NCBI GenBank assembly: GCA_035063585.1
Contig: JAPSGB010000006.1
Span: 78,388 to 142,387, forward strand
DNA: 64,000 nucleotides
Source: Polyangiaceae bacterium
Lineage (GTDB): Bacteria > Myxococcota_A > Polyangia > Polyangiales > Polyangiaceae
Reading direction: 5' to 3'
A model generated the notes under the pieces. The model searched no databases and was not told where the DNA came from. It worked only from the letters and a program-made list of their open reading frames with translations. Positions 53,701-64,000 of this stretch are shown piece by piece (position 1 is the stretch's first letter; every line of letters begins with the position of its first letter). The translations under genes were made by a program, and so were the position numbers.

Positions 53701-54521
53701 TCACCGAGCAGAACGCCCGCTTCGCGTACATGGTCCAGACGCAATCCGTAGAGCTCGGCGCTCCGACCGACTTGACGGACTGGGTGCAATTCGACGCGAA
53801 CCGCCCGACCCTCGACACCGCGGTGAAGGGCGTCGAGGGCCGCCCGCTCTTCGACGGCGACTCGGTGACCGTCCACGTGAATCCTCCGGCGGATCGCGCG
53901 GCGCGGCTCCCCGCGCTCCTCCTGCTTCATCACACCAACGCGCCCGGCAAGCGGGTGGATATCGTCGACCTGAACGCGGAGGAGCCCGGCCAGCTGTCGC
54001 TCTCGGGCGAGCTTCCCGCGAGTGCCGGCGCGGACCAGGAGAGCGAGCTCCGCTTCACCGTGAAGAACGACGGCTCCTCCGCGCGAGAGGGCGTCGAGCT
54101 CACCGCCGCGCTCCGTCGCGGCGCTCCACGCGCGGCCGAGACTGACCGAGGGAGCTGCGTCATCGACGATGGGATCTCGTGCGAGCTCGGCACGCTCGCG
54201 GCCGGGGAGAGCGCGACGGTGGTCGTCCGTGCGGTCGCGATGACGGGAGCCGACGCGATCGACGTAGCGGCGACGATCAGCTCGCCAGGCGGCTGCGAGG
54301 TGTCGCTCGACGACGACCGGTTCCACGGCACCATCGAGATCACGCGCCGCCCGGCCGCCGTCTACTCGGCCGTCGGAGGCTGCGGCGGCTGCCGCGCGGC
54401 CGCGACCGGCCCCCGGGGCGTGAGCGCGGCGTGGCTCGCCGCGCTCGCCGGCTACGCGGTCGTCGCGCGCCGGCGACGGCGTCGCGGAGGCGCGGTTCCG
54501 CGCCGAACCGACACCCGCTAG
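50790..54521 (+). CDS. S8 subtilase with PA domain, Ig-like/DUF11-like domains and MYXO-CTERM-like tail
   Basis: IIDTG, GHGTHVAG and SGTSMA catalytic triad; LIDRGTCTF PA domain; C-terminal GGCGGC, hydrophobic helix, Arg run. Confidence 0.92.
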   Translation: MILDARRGVLTLAWVTIVASSGCAAPAPCAETTETRAALGAAARPVAWYVTLHGAPAAEKYEPRAPSASLARVRARLASLEAEHAAVRVELEALGARVAGDFVRLANVLEVLAPPSAVRSMRAVPGVARVERVPLRWPSLGRAVPTIHAPEVWTRAIPETGDGVRVGIIDTGLDYTHADFGGPGSAAAYSNNDSARIEPGSFPTTRVIGGYDFVGDDYDASNPATGFPEPDPDPLDCARSSNGQSIAGGHGTHVAGIAAGNGVLLDGSAFHGPYTQSLEPSAFAVYPGVAPTAKLYALKIFGCTGATTALAGALERASDPDEDGDFSDRLDVVNASLGTSFAPETAAEAEMVANLDRVGTLFVVASGNDGNTFYSTSSPGSYPEPLSVAASGTGDYLTLQVDSPAAVAGDVPAAEATFTPRLGSIGTVEGRLVMAEPALACSVPTNEAELSGRIALIDRGTCTFLSKVQNAASAGAIAAVIVDNRDGESPFTMADDSGSAPIPAVMIAKSAGAALKGALGETVTVTLDGSARYTGPGSELIAGFSSRGPSSATGALKPELSAPGLSILSAGVASGGGAANMSGTSMATPVVTGAAALLRGARPELSPREAKALLMSTAAPLTDGAGKLFPASLMGAGRVAIDHAVEARVIARADGSESSPALSFGAIVTDVPVSATRTITLENHGASAVTYRAGIVTGYPLPGVAVTVAPSELVLPAGGAAKLSVELEVDPAKLGAPGPDPATPTEVTLGYGGQTQPRQFLVEASGVVRFEPPSAGEPSLVVPYSAVVRAANDRKAAPPECVPVADATDLTIPIIGDAFAPKPVVSAFELGETSPRRDEMDNDPRHLVLDVLAVGAASDVATAKDFASASAYIGIAVAGDWTTPARGQVSLARVLLDTNLDGAADFEVTVEPLTRQGPYADVLAATAYHLDTGQPTSSRRVLNGITPDKVRTEAFNNSVMVVPFILSAVGLTEQNARFAYMVQTQSVELGAPTDLTDWVQFDANRPTLDTAVKGVEGRPLFDGDSVTVHVNPPADRAARLPALLLLHHTNAPGKRVDIVDLNAEEPGQLSLSGELPASAGADQESELRFTVKNDGSSAREGVELTAALRRGAPRAAETDRGSCVIDDGISCELGTLAAGESATVVVRAVAMTGADAIDVAATISSPGGCEVSLDDDRFHGTIEITRRPAAVYSAVGGCGGCRAAATGPRGVSAAWLAALAGYAVVARRRRRRGGAVPRRTDTR

Positions 54522-56701
54522 CCTGGCACCAGGACCAGCACCCCGAGCGGCGGGAGGCGGAGCCCGAGCGACTGCTCGAAGCCGTGCATCGGCACCGGCT
54601 CGGTGTCGACGTAGGCGAAGGTCTCGAAGGAGCTGCCGCCGTAGCGCGAGTCGTCACTGTTGAAGCGCTCGACGTAGCGACCGGCGAGCGGCGCGCCGAT
54701 TCGGTAGCTCTCGCGAGGCACCGGGGTGAGGTTCATCACCACGAGCGCGCGCTGGTCGCCGCCGCGACGCTCGTAGCAGAGAACCGAGTTTTCGCGATCG
54801 TTGCAGTCGATCCAGTGAAAGCTGTAAGGGTCGGGGTCGCTTTGCCAAAAGCAGGCGCGCTCGAGGTAGAGCGCGCCCAGCTCTTCGAAGAAGAGCGCGA
54901 GACCTCGGCGCTCGGGGTCTTCGGACAGGTGCCAGTCGAGGCTCGAGTCGAAATCCCACTCGCGCCACTGAGCGAGCTCGGCGCCCATGAAGAGGAGGTT
55001 CTTGCCGGGGCGCGTGTACTGGTAGGTGATGAGCGCGCGGAGGTTCGAGAATTTCTGCCAAGTGTCGCCCGGCATCTTCTCGATGAGCGAGCGCTTCCCG
55101 TGAACGACCTCGTCATGGCTGATCGCGTTGATGAAGCGCTCGGTAAACTCGTAGAGCATCGAGAAGGTGAGATTATCCTGATGGAACTTGCGATGGACCG
55201 GATCGCGCGAGAAGTAGAGCAGGGTGTCGTGCATCCAGCCCATGTTCCACTTGAAGGTGAAGCCGAGCCCACCGGAGTCCGGTGAGCGTGTCACGCCGGG
55301 CCACGAGGTGGACTCTTCGGCGACCGTGAAGGCGCCCGGGAGCTCCTCCTTGATGATCGTGTTGGTGGCTCTGAGAAAGTCGATCGCGTCGAGGTTCTCG
55401 CGGCCACCGTAGGGGTTCGGGAGCCACTCGCCGTCTTTTCGGCTGTAGTCGAGGTAGAGCATGCTCGCCACCGCGTCGACCCGGAGCCCATCGATGTGGA
55501 ACTCCTCGAGCCAGTAGAGCGCGTTGGCCATCAGGAAGTTTCTCACCTCGGCGCGGCCGAGGTTGAAGATGAGCGTGCCCCAGTCCGGGTGCTCACCGCG
55601 CCGAGGGTCGTCGTGCTCGTAGAGCGCACTGCCATCGAAGCGCCGGAGCGCGAAGTCATCCTTCGGGAAATGCGCCGGGACCCAGTCGAGGATCACGCCG
55701 AGCCCGTGCTGGTGGCAGTAGTCGACGAACCAACGGAAATCGTCCGGCGAGCCGTAGCGCGAGGTGGGCGCGTAGTAGCCCGTCACCTGATAGCCCCACG
55801 AGGCGGTGAGGGGGTGCTCCTCGATGGGCATGAGCTCGAGGTGGGTGAAGCCGAAGCGTTTGGCGTGCTCGACCAGCCGCGGCGCGAGCTCCCGATAGCG
55901 GAGCGAGCGGTTCCCCTCCTCGGGGACGCGCGCCCAGGAGCCGAGATGAACCTCGTACACGCTGACCGGCTCGCGAGTGATGTCCCGCGTCGCCCGGTCG
56001 GCCAAGTAGGCCGAGTCGGTCCACGCGAAGCTCGAGCGCTCCACCCGCGAGGCCGTATGCGGGGGATGTTCCATCTCCCGCGCCATGGGATCGGTCTTGG
56101 TCCGGAGCAGGCCAGCGGCCGTCTCGAGCTCGAACTTGTAGAGCGCGCCCGGGCCGACTCCGGGGACGAAGAGCTCCCAGACGCCAGAGCTCCCCATGCT
56201 CCGCATCGGCATGAGCCGCCCGTCCCAGCCGTTGAAGTCTCCCACCACGCTCACGCGACGCGCGTTCGGGGCCCAGACCGCGAACGCGACGCCCTCCACG
56301 CCTTCCATGGTGACCACGCGGGCTCCGAGCATCTCCCAGAGGCGCCGGTGGGTACCCTCACCGAAGAGGTAGAGATCGAGCTCTCCGACGGTGGGCAGAA
56401 ACCGGTAAGGGTCTTCGCGCGTCCAGCGGTTCCCGTCCGCGAAGTGAAACTCGAGGCGATACGCGAGCGGTGGCGAGCGACGCGGGACGAACGCCTCGAA
56501 CACACCTTCTCCGAGCGGGGTCATCGGGTGCGGTTCACCCCCGAGTTGGAGCGTGGCGGCCTGCGCGTCCGGATGGAACGCCCGCACCACGGTGCCCTCG
56601 ACGCCGTCGCGACGAGCCACGTGAGCGCCGAGGATGCGGTGGGGCTCGTGATGCCCGCCGCGGGCGAGGCGCTCGAGTTCGAATCGGTCTAGATCCGTCA
56701 T
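54518..56701 (-). CDS. glgB: 1,4-alpha-glucan branching enzyme
   Basis: YEVHLGSW, SWGYQ, DWVPAHFP, DGLRVDAVASMLY, AEEST, KWNMGWMHD, SHDEVVHGK. Confidence 0.96.
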   Translation of the reverse strand: MTDLDRFELERLARGGHHEPHRILGAHVARRDGVEGTVVRAFHPDAQAATLQLGGEPHPMTPLGEGVFEAFVPRRSPPLAYRLEFHFADGNRWTREDPYRFLPTVGELDLYLFGEGTHRRLWEMLGARVVTMEGVEGVAFAVWAPNARRVSVVGDFNGWDGRLMPMRSMGSSGVWELFVPGVGPGALYKFELETAAGLLRTKTDPMAREMEHPPHTASRVERSSFAWTDSAYLADRATRDITREPVSVYEVHLGSWARVPEEGNRSLRYRELAPRLVEHAKRFGFTHLELMPIEEHPLTASWGYQVTGYYAPTSRYGSPDDFRWFVDYCHQHGLGVILDWVPAHFPKDDFALRRFDGSALYEHDDPRRGEHPDWGTLIFNLGRAEVRNFLMANALYWLEEFHIDGLRVDAVASMLYLDYSRKDGEWLPNPYGGRENLDAIDFLRATNTIIKEELPGAFTVAEESTSWPGVTRSPDSGGLGFTFKWNMGWMHDTLLYFSRDPVHRKFHQDNLTFSMLYEFTERFINAISHDEVVHGKRSLIEKMPGDTWQKFSNLRALITYQYTRPGKNLLFMGAELAQWREWDFDSSLDWHLSEDPERRGLALFFEELGALYLERACFWQSDPDPYSFHWIDCNDRENSVLCYERRGGDQRALVVMNLTPVPRESYRIGAPLAGRYVERFNSDDSRYGGSSFETFAYVDTEPVPMHGFEQSLGLRLPPLGVLVLVPG

Positions 56702-56826
56702 GTCGGTCCTCGGGTGCTGCCGGTCCGTCGCGGCCGGCGGCGCGCGCTCGGTATCGCACCGCGCTGGCCCGGGGCGCAAGACGCCGAGCCTATCATGCCG
56801 AGCTCGCTCCGACGCGCGCCCCGACT

Positions 56827-58944
56827 TCAGCGATGCTGCTCGAAGAGGAGCAGGCCATGCGGCGGCACGCTCACCACGCTCGTGCGCGGCTGACGCTTGG
56901 GCGGCTGCGCGGTGTTGACGAGCTCACGCCAGGCTCCGCGCTCGGGGAGCACGGGCAAGGTGAAGTCCTGAGCGCGGGCGCCCGCGTTCATGACGAGGAG
57001 CAGCGTCCTGCCCTTGTTCGGGCGACCTCGCTCGTCGACCTCGTCGGAGGCGTCGCCGTGGACCACCATACCGAGCACGTGGTTGTCGGACGTGCTCCAG
57101 TCCTGCATGGTCATCTCGGCGCCGTCCGGGCGGACCCACTGCACGTCCTTGACGCCCTGATCGTTCACCGGGTCGCCAGCAAAGAAGCGGCGGCGACGAA
57201 ACACCGGGTTCGCGCGCCGGATCCGGAACGCGGCCCGCGTGAAGGCGAGCAGCTCACGCTCGCGCGCGCCGAGGTTCCAGTCGAGCCAGGTGAGCTCGGA
57301 GTCCTGACAGTAGGCGTTGTTGTTCCCGCGCTGGGTGCGCCCGAGCTCGTCGCCGTGGCTGAGCATGGGGACCCCCTGCGAGAAGGCGAGGGTCGCGATG
57401 AAGTTCTTCATCACCCGGTCCCGTAGCCGCTGGACGGTCGGGTTGGTCGTCTCGCCCTCGACGCCCCAATTACGGCTGAAGTTGTCGTCGGTGCCGTCTC
57501 GATTGCCCTCGCCGTTCGACTGGTTGTGCTTGCTCTCGTAGCTGGTGAGATCGTTCAGTGTGAAGCCGTCATGGCAGGTGACGAAATTGATCGACGCGTA
57601 CGGTCCGCGGTCGCTTCCCTGAAACACGTCGCTCGAGCCCGACAGCCGCGACGCGAGCTCCGGCACCTGCCCGGTGTCACCGCGCCAGAAGCGACGCACG
57701 GTGTCTCGATAGCGACCGTTCCACTCCGCCCAGTCGGGCGGAAAGGCGCCGAGACGGTAGCCACCCGGCCCGAGATCCCACGGCTCGGCGATGAGCTTCA
57801 CGCGGCTCAGCACCGGATCCTGGCTCACCATGGCGAGGAATCGCGCGAGGCCGTGGAAGCCGCGCTCGTCGCGGGCGAGCACCGGCGCGAGATCGAACCG
57901 GAACCCGTCGACGTGCATCTCGGTGACCCAGTACCGGAGGCTGTCGAGCACCAGCTGGAGCGCGCGCGGGTGGCGCACGTCGAGGGTGTTTCCGCACCCG
58001 GTGAAATCGACGTACTCGCGCGGATTTCCCTCCGCGAGCCGATAGTAGGTGGCGTTGTCGACGCCGCGGAGGGAGAGCGCAGGCCCGAGGTGGTTGCCCT
58101 CGCCGGTATGGTTGTAGACGACGTCGAGGAGGACCTCGAGGCCGACCCGATGGAACGCCTTGACCATCGTCTTCAGCTCGTCCACCTGCTGCCCTCGAGC
58201 ACCCGAGGCGTACCGAGGATCGGGCGCGAAGAACCCGATGGTGGAGTAGCCCCAGTAATTATCGAGCCCGAGGTCGGCGAGTCGTCGCTCGGTGACGAAA
58301 TGCTGGATCGGCAAGAGCTCGATGGCGGTCACGCCGAGGCCGAGCAAGTGATCGAGGATCGGATCGGACGCCAGACCGAGATAGGTGCCGCGCAGGCGCT
58401 CGGGGACGCCCGGGTGGCGTGCGGTCATCGCCTTCACGTGAGCCTCGTAGATGACGGTGCGGCTCCAGGGCGTCTGCGGAGGCCGATCGTCTCCCCAGGT
58501 GAAGGCGGTGTCGACGACCACGCTCTTCGGAATGCTCCGCGCGCTGTCCGTCGAGCTCGCCTCGAGGTCGAGCGCGGCGCTGCCCCGCACATAAGGGAAC
58601 ACCTCGTCCGACCAGCTCACGGTGCCGCTGATCGCCTTCGCGTAGGGGTCGATGAGGAGCTGGTTCGGGTTGAAGCGGTGGCCCTTCTCCGGATCATACG
58701 GTCCGTGGACGCGATAGCCGTAGAGCTGCCCGGGGCGCGCGTCCGGTAGGAACGCGTGCCAGATCCCGGCGTGGCGATCCTTGAGCTTCACCCGCGCCAC
58801 CTCGCGCGACGGGTCGTCGCCGTCGAACAGGCAGAGCTCGACGGCGGTCGCGTGCTCGGAGAAAATCGCGAAGTTTACCCCTTCGCCGTCGAAGGTCGCC
58901 CCGATCGGGTAGGGGCTCCCGGGCCAGAGCCGCAGCTCGGTCAC
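56827..58944 (-). CDS. glgX: Glycogen debranching enzyme (isoamylase)
   Basis: NYWGY, DVVYNHT, DGFRFDLA, AEPWD, FVTCHDGFTL, QRGNNNAYCQD. Confidence 0.96.
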   Translation of the reverse strand: MTELRLWPGSPYPIGATFDGEGVNFAIFSEHATAVELCLFDGDDPSREVARVKLKDRHAGIWHAFLPDARPGQLYGYRVHGPYDPEKGHRFNPNQLLIDPYAKAISGTVSWSDEVFPYVRGSAALDLEASSTDSARSIPKSVVVDTAFTWGDDRPPQTPWSRTVIYEAHVKAMTARHPGVPERLRGTYLGLASDPILDHLLGLGVTAIELLPIQHFVTERRLADLGLDNYWGYSTIGFFAPDPRYASGARGQQVDELKTMVKAFHRVGLEVLLDVVYNHTGEGNHLGPALSLRGVDNATYYRLAEGNPREYVDFTGCGNTLDVRHPRALQLVLDSLRYWVTEMHVDGFRFDLAPVLARDERGFHGLARFLAMVSQDPVLSRVKLIAEPWDLGPGGYRLGAFPPDWAEWNGRYRDTVRRFWRGDTGQVPELASRLSGSSDVFQGSDRGPYASINFVTCHDGFTLNDLTSYESKHNQSNGEGNRDGTDDNFSRNWGVEGETTNPTVQRLRDRVMKNFIATLAFSQGVPMLSHGDELGRTQRGNNNAYCQDSELTWLDWNLGARERELLAFTRAAFRIRRANPVFRRRRFFAGDPVNDQGVKDVQWVRPDGAEMTMQDWSTSDNHVLGMVVHGDASDEVDERGRPNKGRTLLLVMNAGARAQDFTLPVLPERGAWRELVNTAQPPKRQPRTSVVSVPPHGLLLFEQHR

Positions 58945-58984
58945 GCGAGCCGGCTCCGCGAGCCGAGCCGAGCGCTCGAGCTCG

Positions 58985-61009
<2,025 letters not shown>

Positions 61010-61138
61010 GAGTCTCGTCGTCACCTCCGATCCCGTCAAGCCTTCGACCGGCGTGAGCGCCGTTTCCCCCCGCACTTTCCGGGCGTCGCCGGCGAGGCGG
61101 GCGGCGAGACCGCACGTCGAGCTCGGCCGGGCCTCATC

Positions 61139-61151
61139 TGACAGACTGTCA
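61139..61151. promoter_or_regulatory. Perfect inverted repeat TGACAG-A-CTGTCA in AT-richer DNA upstream of glgE; possible operator
   Basis: Palindrome read directly; function is inferred only. Confidence 0.3.
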
Positions 61152-61516
61152 AACTGGCAAACCAACGTGCATTATTGGCACGGTGCCCGTCATCTTGTCA
61201 CCTTGCCGAGAATTCATGTCGGTTCGGCGCGGAATCGTCAGGGTGGCGCGCGCTGCGCTCTTCGTGCTGGCTCCCCGCGCTCTGCCTCGACCGAGGGGCG
61301 CGCCCGTGACGAGCAGGGCGAGCGTCCGGGCCCGGCTCGGCAGCGATGAAGGTCCATTCGCTCGCGCTCGACGCGAGCGACGCGAGCCTCGCGTCCCGGG
61401 AGACGGCGTACGCGGTGGAAAATACGAGCGTATCGCGCTCTCGCCGCCCTTGTCAGGTGGGGGCGCCGGGCGGCGCGTGCGGCTCCTCGTCCGCCCGGTC
61501 GATCGCCCCGCTCGCC

Positions 61517-64000
61517 TTACCTGGCGCGGCGCCGATGCGAGCTCACCCCAGCCCGCCGCCGCGCCGCGGTAAGCGCCGCTGCCGCGAGGAGCGCCGCGAG
61601 GGACAGCCCACCCGAGCGCTCATCGTGCCCGCCGGCCACGCGGCACCCGCACGAGCCCTCGTCCGCGCTCGCGCCCAAGTCCACGCCCGCTTCCGAGCCT
61701 GACGCATCCGCCGCGCCGCCGTGCCCACCGCTGCCGTCCGTCGCCGCACCGTCCGATGCCGCGTCCGCGCCCGCGTCCGTCTCCGCATCTGCGCCCGCGT
61801 CGGCCCCCCCGTCTTCGCCGACGACGCACGCGCCCGCCACGCACCCATACCCGCTCGCGCAGTCCGCGTCCGCCTCGCAGCTCGTCTTGCACGCCGCTAC
61901 GTCGCACGCGTACGCCCCGCAGCTCGCCTGCATCCCCGCGCTGCACGTCCCCGCCCCGTCGCACGTAGACGCCGCCGTCTCGGTCCCGCTCGCGCACGAC
62001 CCCGCCGCGCACTCGGTCGTCGCATCCGGAAACACGCACGCGGCCGCGTTCGCGCCGTCGCACGCCCCCTGACAGGCCCCCGTCCCCGCGCAGGCCGCGC
62101 GCCCACCCTTCGGCGCGCCGCTCACCGCCACGCACGTCCCCCCGCTGCCGCTCTCCGCGCACGCCTCGCACTGACCGTCGCACGCGCTCTCGCAGCACAC
62201 GCCGTCCACGCAGAACCCGCTGGCGCACTGATGGTCACCAGCACACGCCGTCCCCTGCCCGAGCTTCGCCGTGCAGACCCCGCTCGCGCAGAAGCTCCCG
62301 CTCGCGCAGTCCGAGTCCTGTTGGCAATCGCCGTCGCAGGCCGTCGCCCCGCACAGGAACGGCGCGCACGGCTGCGTCTGCGCCGCCGGGCAGCTCCCCT
62401 GCCCGTCGCAGCTCGCCCCGAGCGTCGCCACGCTCGTCGCCGCGTCGCAGCTCGCGTCGCGGCAGCTCGCCGTCGGGTAGACGCATCCGTCCGTCTTCGC
62501 GCCGTCGCACGCTCCTCCGCACGCCGTGCCGTCGGTCGCGCAGGCCGTGCGGCCATTGTGCGGAGCGCCCGTCACCGGCGAGCAGGTCCCCTCCGACCCG
62601 CTCACGTCGCACGCCTCGCACTGCCCGGTGCACGTCGTGTCGCAGCAGAACCCATCGACGCACGTGCCGCTCGAGCACTCGGCCGTCGTCGTGCAGCTCC
62701 CGCCCTGAGACGCCTTTGGCTTGCACGTGCCGTTATCGCAATAGGCATTCGCCGCGCAGTCGCTCGCGCTCGCGCACGTCGTCGTGCAGGTGCCGCCCGC
62801 GCACAGGAACGGCCCGCAATCGACCGGCGTCACCGCCGGGCACGCCGGGGTCACGCCGTCGCACGTCCCCTGCGGCAGCGCGTCGCCGCTCGCGTCGCAC
62901 GACGCGGCCGCGCCGCATGCCGTCCCCATCGCCTTCGGCGCGTACTGACAGCCGAGCGTCGCGTCGCAGGTCGGCGCCTGCTGGCACGCATCGGCGGCCG
63001 CGCAGCTCAGCAGGTTCGAGCCGGTGCAGACGCCCGACTGGCACGCGTCCGTCTGCGTGCAGACGTTATTGTCGTTGCACGACGTGCCGTTCGCGCGCGG
63101 CGTCCAGGCGGTCGTCGAGACCGCCGAATCGCACTGCTCGCACGCGTTCGCCGGGTTGAGCGTGCCGGCGCCGTAGAGCTGCCCGCCGATCAGACACTTC
63201 GCGCCGCACGAGCCCGCCTGGCACAGCTGCCCCGCGCCGCAGCTCGTCCCGTCGGCGAGCGTCGCATGTGCGCAGACGCCCGCGCCGTCGCAAGCGTCCG
63301 ACGTGCACGCGTTGCCGTCGTCCGCGCAGGCCGCGCCGCTCGACTTGTTGACAATCGTGCAGCCGCCGCTCCCGTCGCACGTCGAGCTCTGTTGGCAATC
63401 GCTCGCCGTGCAGGTGTACGCCGCGCCGCCGCAGACGCCGCTCGTGCAGACGTCCGTCTGCGTGCAGGCGTTGCTGTCGTTGCACGCGCTGCCGTTCGCC
63501 TTCGGCGGGTTCGAGCACGCACCCGTCACCGGATTGCACGCGCCCGCGACGTGGCACTGGTCGCTCGCGCTGCACACGACCGGATCGCTCCCCGCGCACA
63601 CTCCCGCCTGACACGTGTCGCTCTGCGTGCAGGCGTTGCTGTCGTTGCACGGTGTGTTGTTCGCGGCCGGCGGGTTCGAGCACGCCCCCGTCGCCGGATT
63701 GCACGCGCCCGCGACGTGGCACTGATCGCTCGCGGTGCACACGACCGGATTGCTGCCCGTGCACACTCCCGCCTGGCACGTGTCCGACTGCGTGCAGGCG
63801 TTGCTGTCGTTGCACGCGCTGCCGTTCGTCTTCGCCGGGTTCGAGCATGCACCCGTCGCCGGATTGCACGTCCCCGCGACGTGGCACTGGTCGCTCGCGG
63901 TGCACACGACCGGATCGCTCCCCGCGCACGCCCCCGCCTGACACGTGTCGGTCTGCGTGCAGGCGTTGCTGTCGTTGCACGCCGTGCCGTTCGCCACGTT
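61517..64000 (-). CDS. Cys-rich repeat surface protein with MYXO-CTERM-like tail (5' end beyond the window)
   Basis: CNDSNACTQ repeats and CVDGVCC modules; C-terminal GSCGCRV, hydrophobic helix, RRR. Confidence 0.88.
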   Translation of the reverse strand, partial: NVANGTACNDSNACTQTDTCQAGACAGSDPVVCTASDQCHVAGTCNPATGACSNPAKTNGSACNDSNACTQSDTCQAGVCTGSNPVVCTASDQCHVAGACNPATGACSNPPAANNTPCNDSNACTQSDTCQAGVCAGSDPVVCSASDQCHVAGACNPVTGACSNPPKANGSACNDSNACTQTDVCTSGVCGGAAYTCTASDCQQSSTCDGSGGCTIVNKSSGAACADDGNACTSDACDGAGVCAHATLADGTSCGAGQLCQAGSCGAKCLIGGQLYGAGTLNPANACEQCDSAVSTTAWTPRANGTSCNDNNVCTQTDACQSGVCTGSNLLSCAAADACQQAPTCDATLGCQYAPKAMGTACGAAASCDASGDALPQGTCDGVTPACPAVTPVDCGPFLCAGGTCTTTCASASDCAANAYCDNGTCKPKASQGGSCTTTAECSSGTCVDGFCCDTTCTGQCEACDVSGSEGTCSPVTGAPHNGRTACATDGTACGGACDGAKTDGCVYPTASCRDASCDAATSVATLGASCDGQGSCPAAQTQPCAPFLCGATACDGDCQQDSDCASGSFCASGVCTAKLGQGTACAGDHQCASGFCVDGVCCESACDGQCEACAESGSGGTCVAVSGAPKGGRAACAGTGACQGACDGANAAACVFPDATTECAAGSCASGTETAASTCDGAGTCSAGMQASCGAYACDVAACKTSCEADADCASGYGCVAGACVVGEDGGADAGADAETDAGADAASDGAATDGSGGHGGAADASGSEAGVDLGASADEGSCGCRVAGGHDERSGGLSLAALLAAAALTAARRRAGVSSHRRRAR
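63440..63995 (-). repeat. Intragenic 165-bp (55-aa, 8-Cys) tandem repeat, three full copies plus one partial
   Basis: cgtgcaggcgttgctgtcgttgcac recurs at 63461, 63626, 63791 and 63956, an exact 165-bp period. Confidence 0.92.

Overview
Very GC-rich bacterial chromosome segment. Gene content (two MYXO-CTERM-type C-termini, Cys-rich surface repeats, a myxobacterial-type IS4 remnant) points to Myxococcota, probably a Polyangiales/Sorangium-like organism; this placement is inferred. Most of the window is housekeeping or envelope genes: ettA (partial), pntAB, queD, tamB, corA, hppA, ugd, glgE-glgX-glgB, a hybrid kinase and an S8 protease. About 9.3-14 kb is a decayed accessory patch with an IS4 remnant, a DUF6922 gene, a broken AbiEii-like toxin and a Cys-rich fragment. 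I saw no rRNA, tRNA or CRISPR array. The strongest unexplained signals are: (1) a two-hairpin, strand-specific structured RNA with a C-rich loop in the 3' UTR of a Spy/CpxP-like gene (28873-28989); (2) a TANNNT -10-like hexamer 6-10 nt before the start codon of about 15 genes, suggesting widespread leaderless expression; (3) a PrsW homologue lacking its catalytic residues, coupled to a Zn-ribbon membrane protein; (4) a CCA-adding-enzyme body/tail HD protein with no polymerase head; (5) a PIG-G/PIG-O-like phosphoethanolamine transferase in an envelope cluster. All family calls come from reading motifs by eye; no database searches were run.
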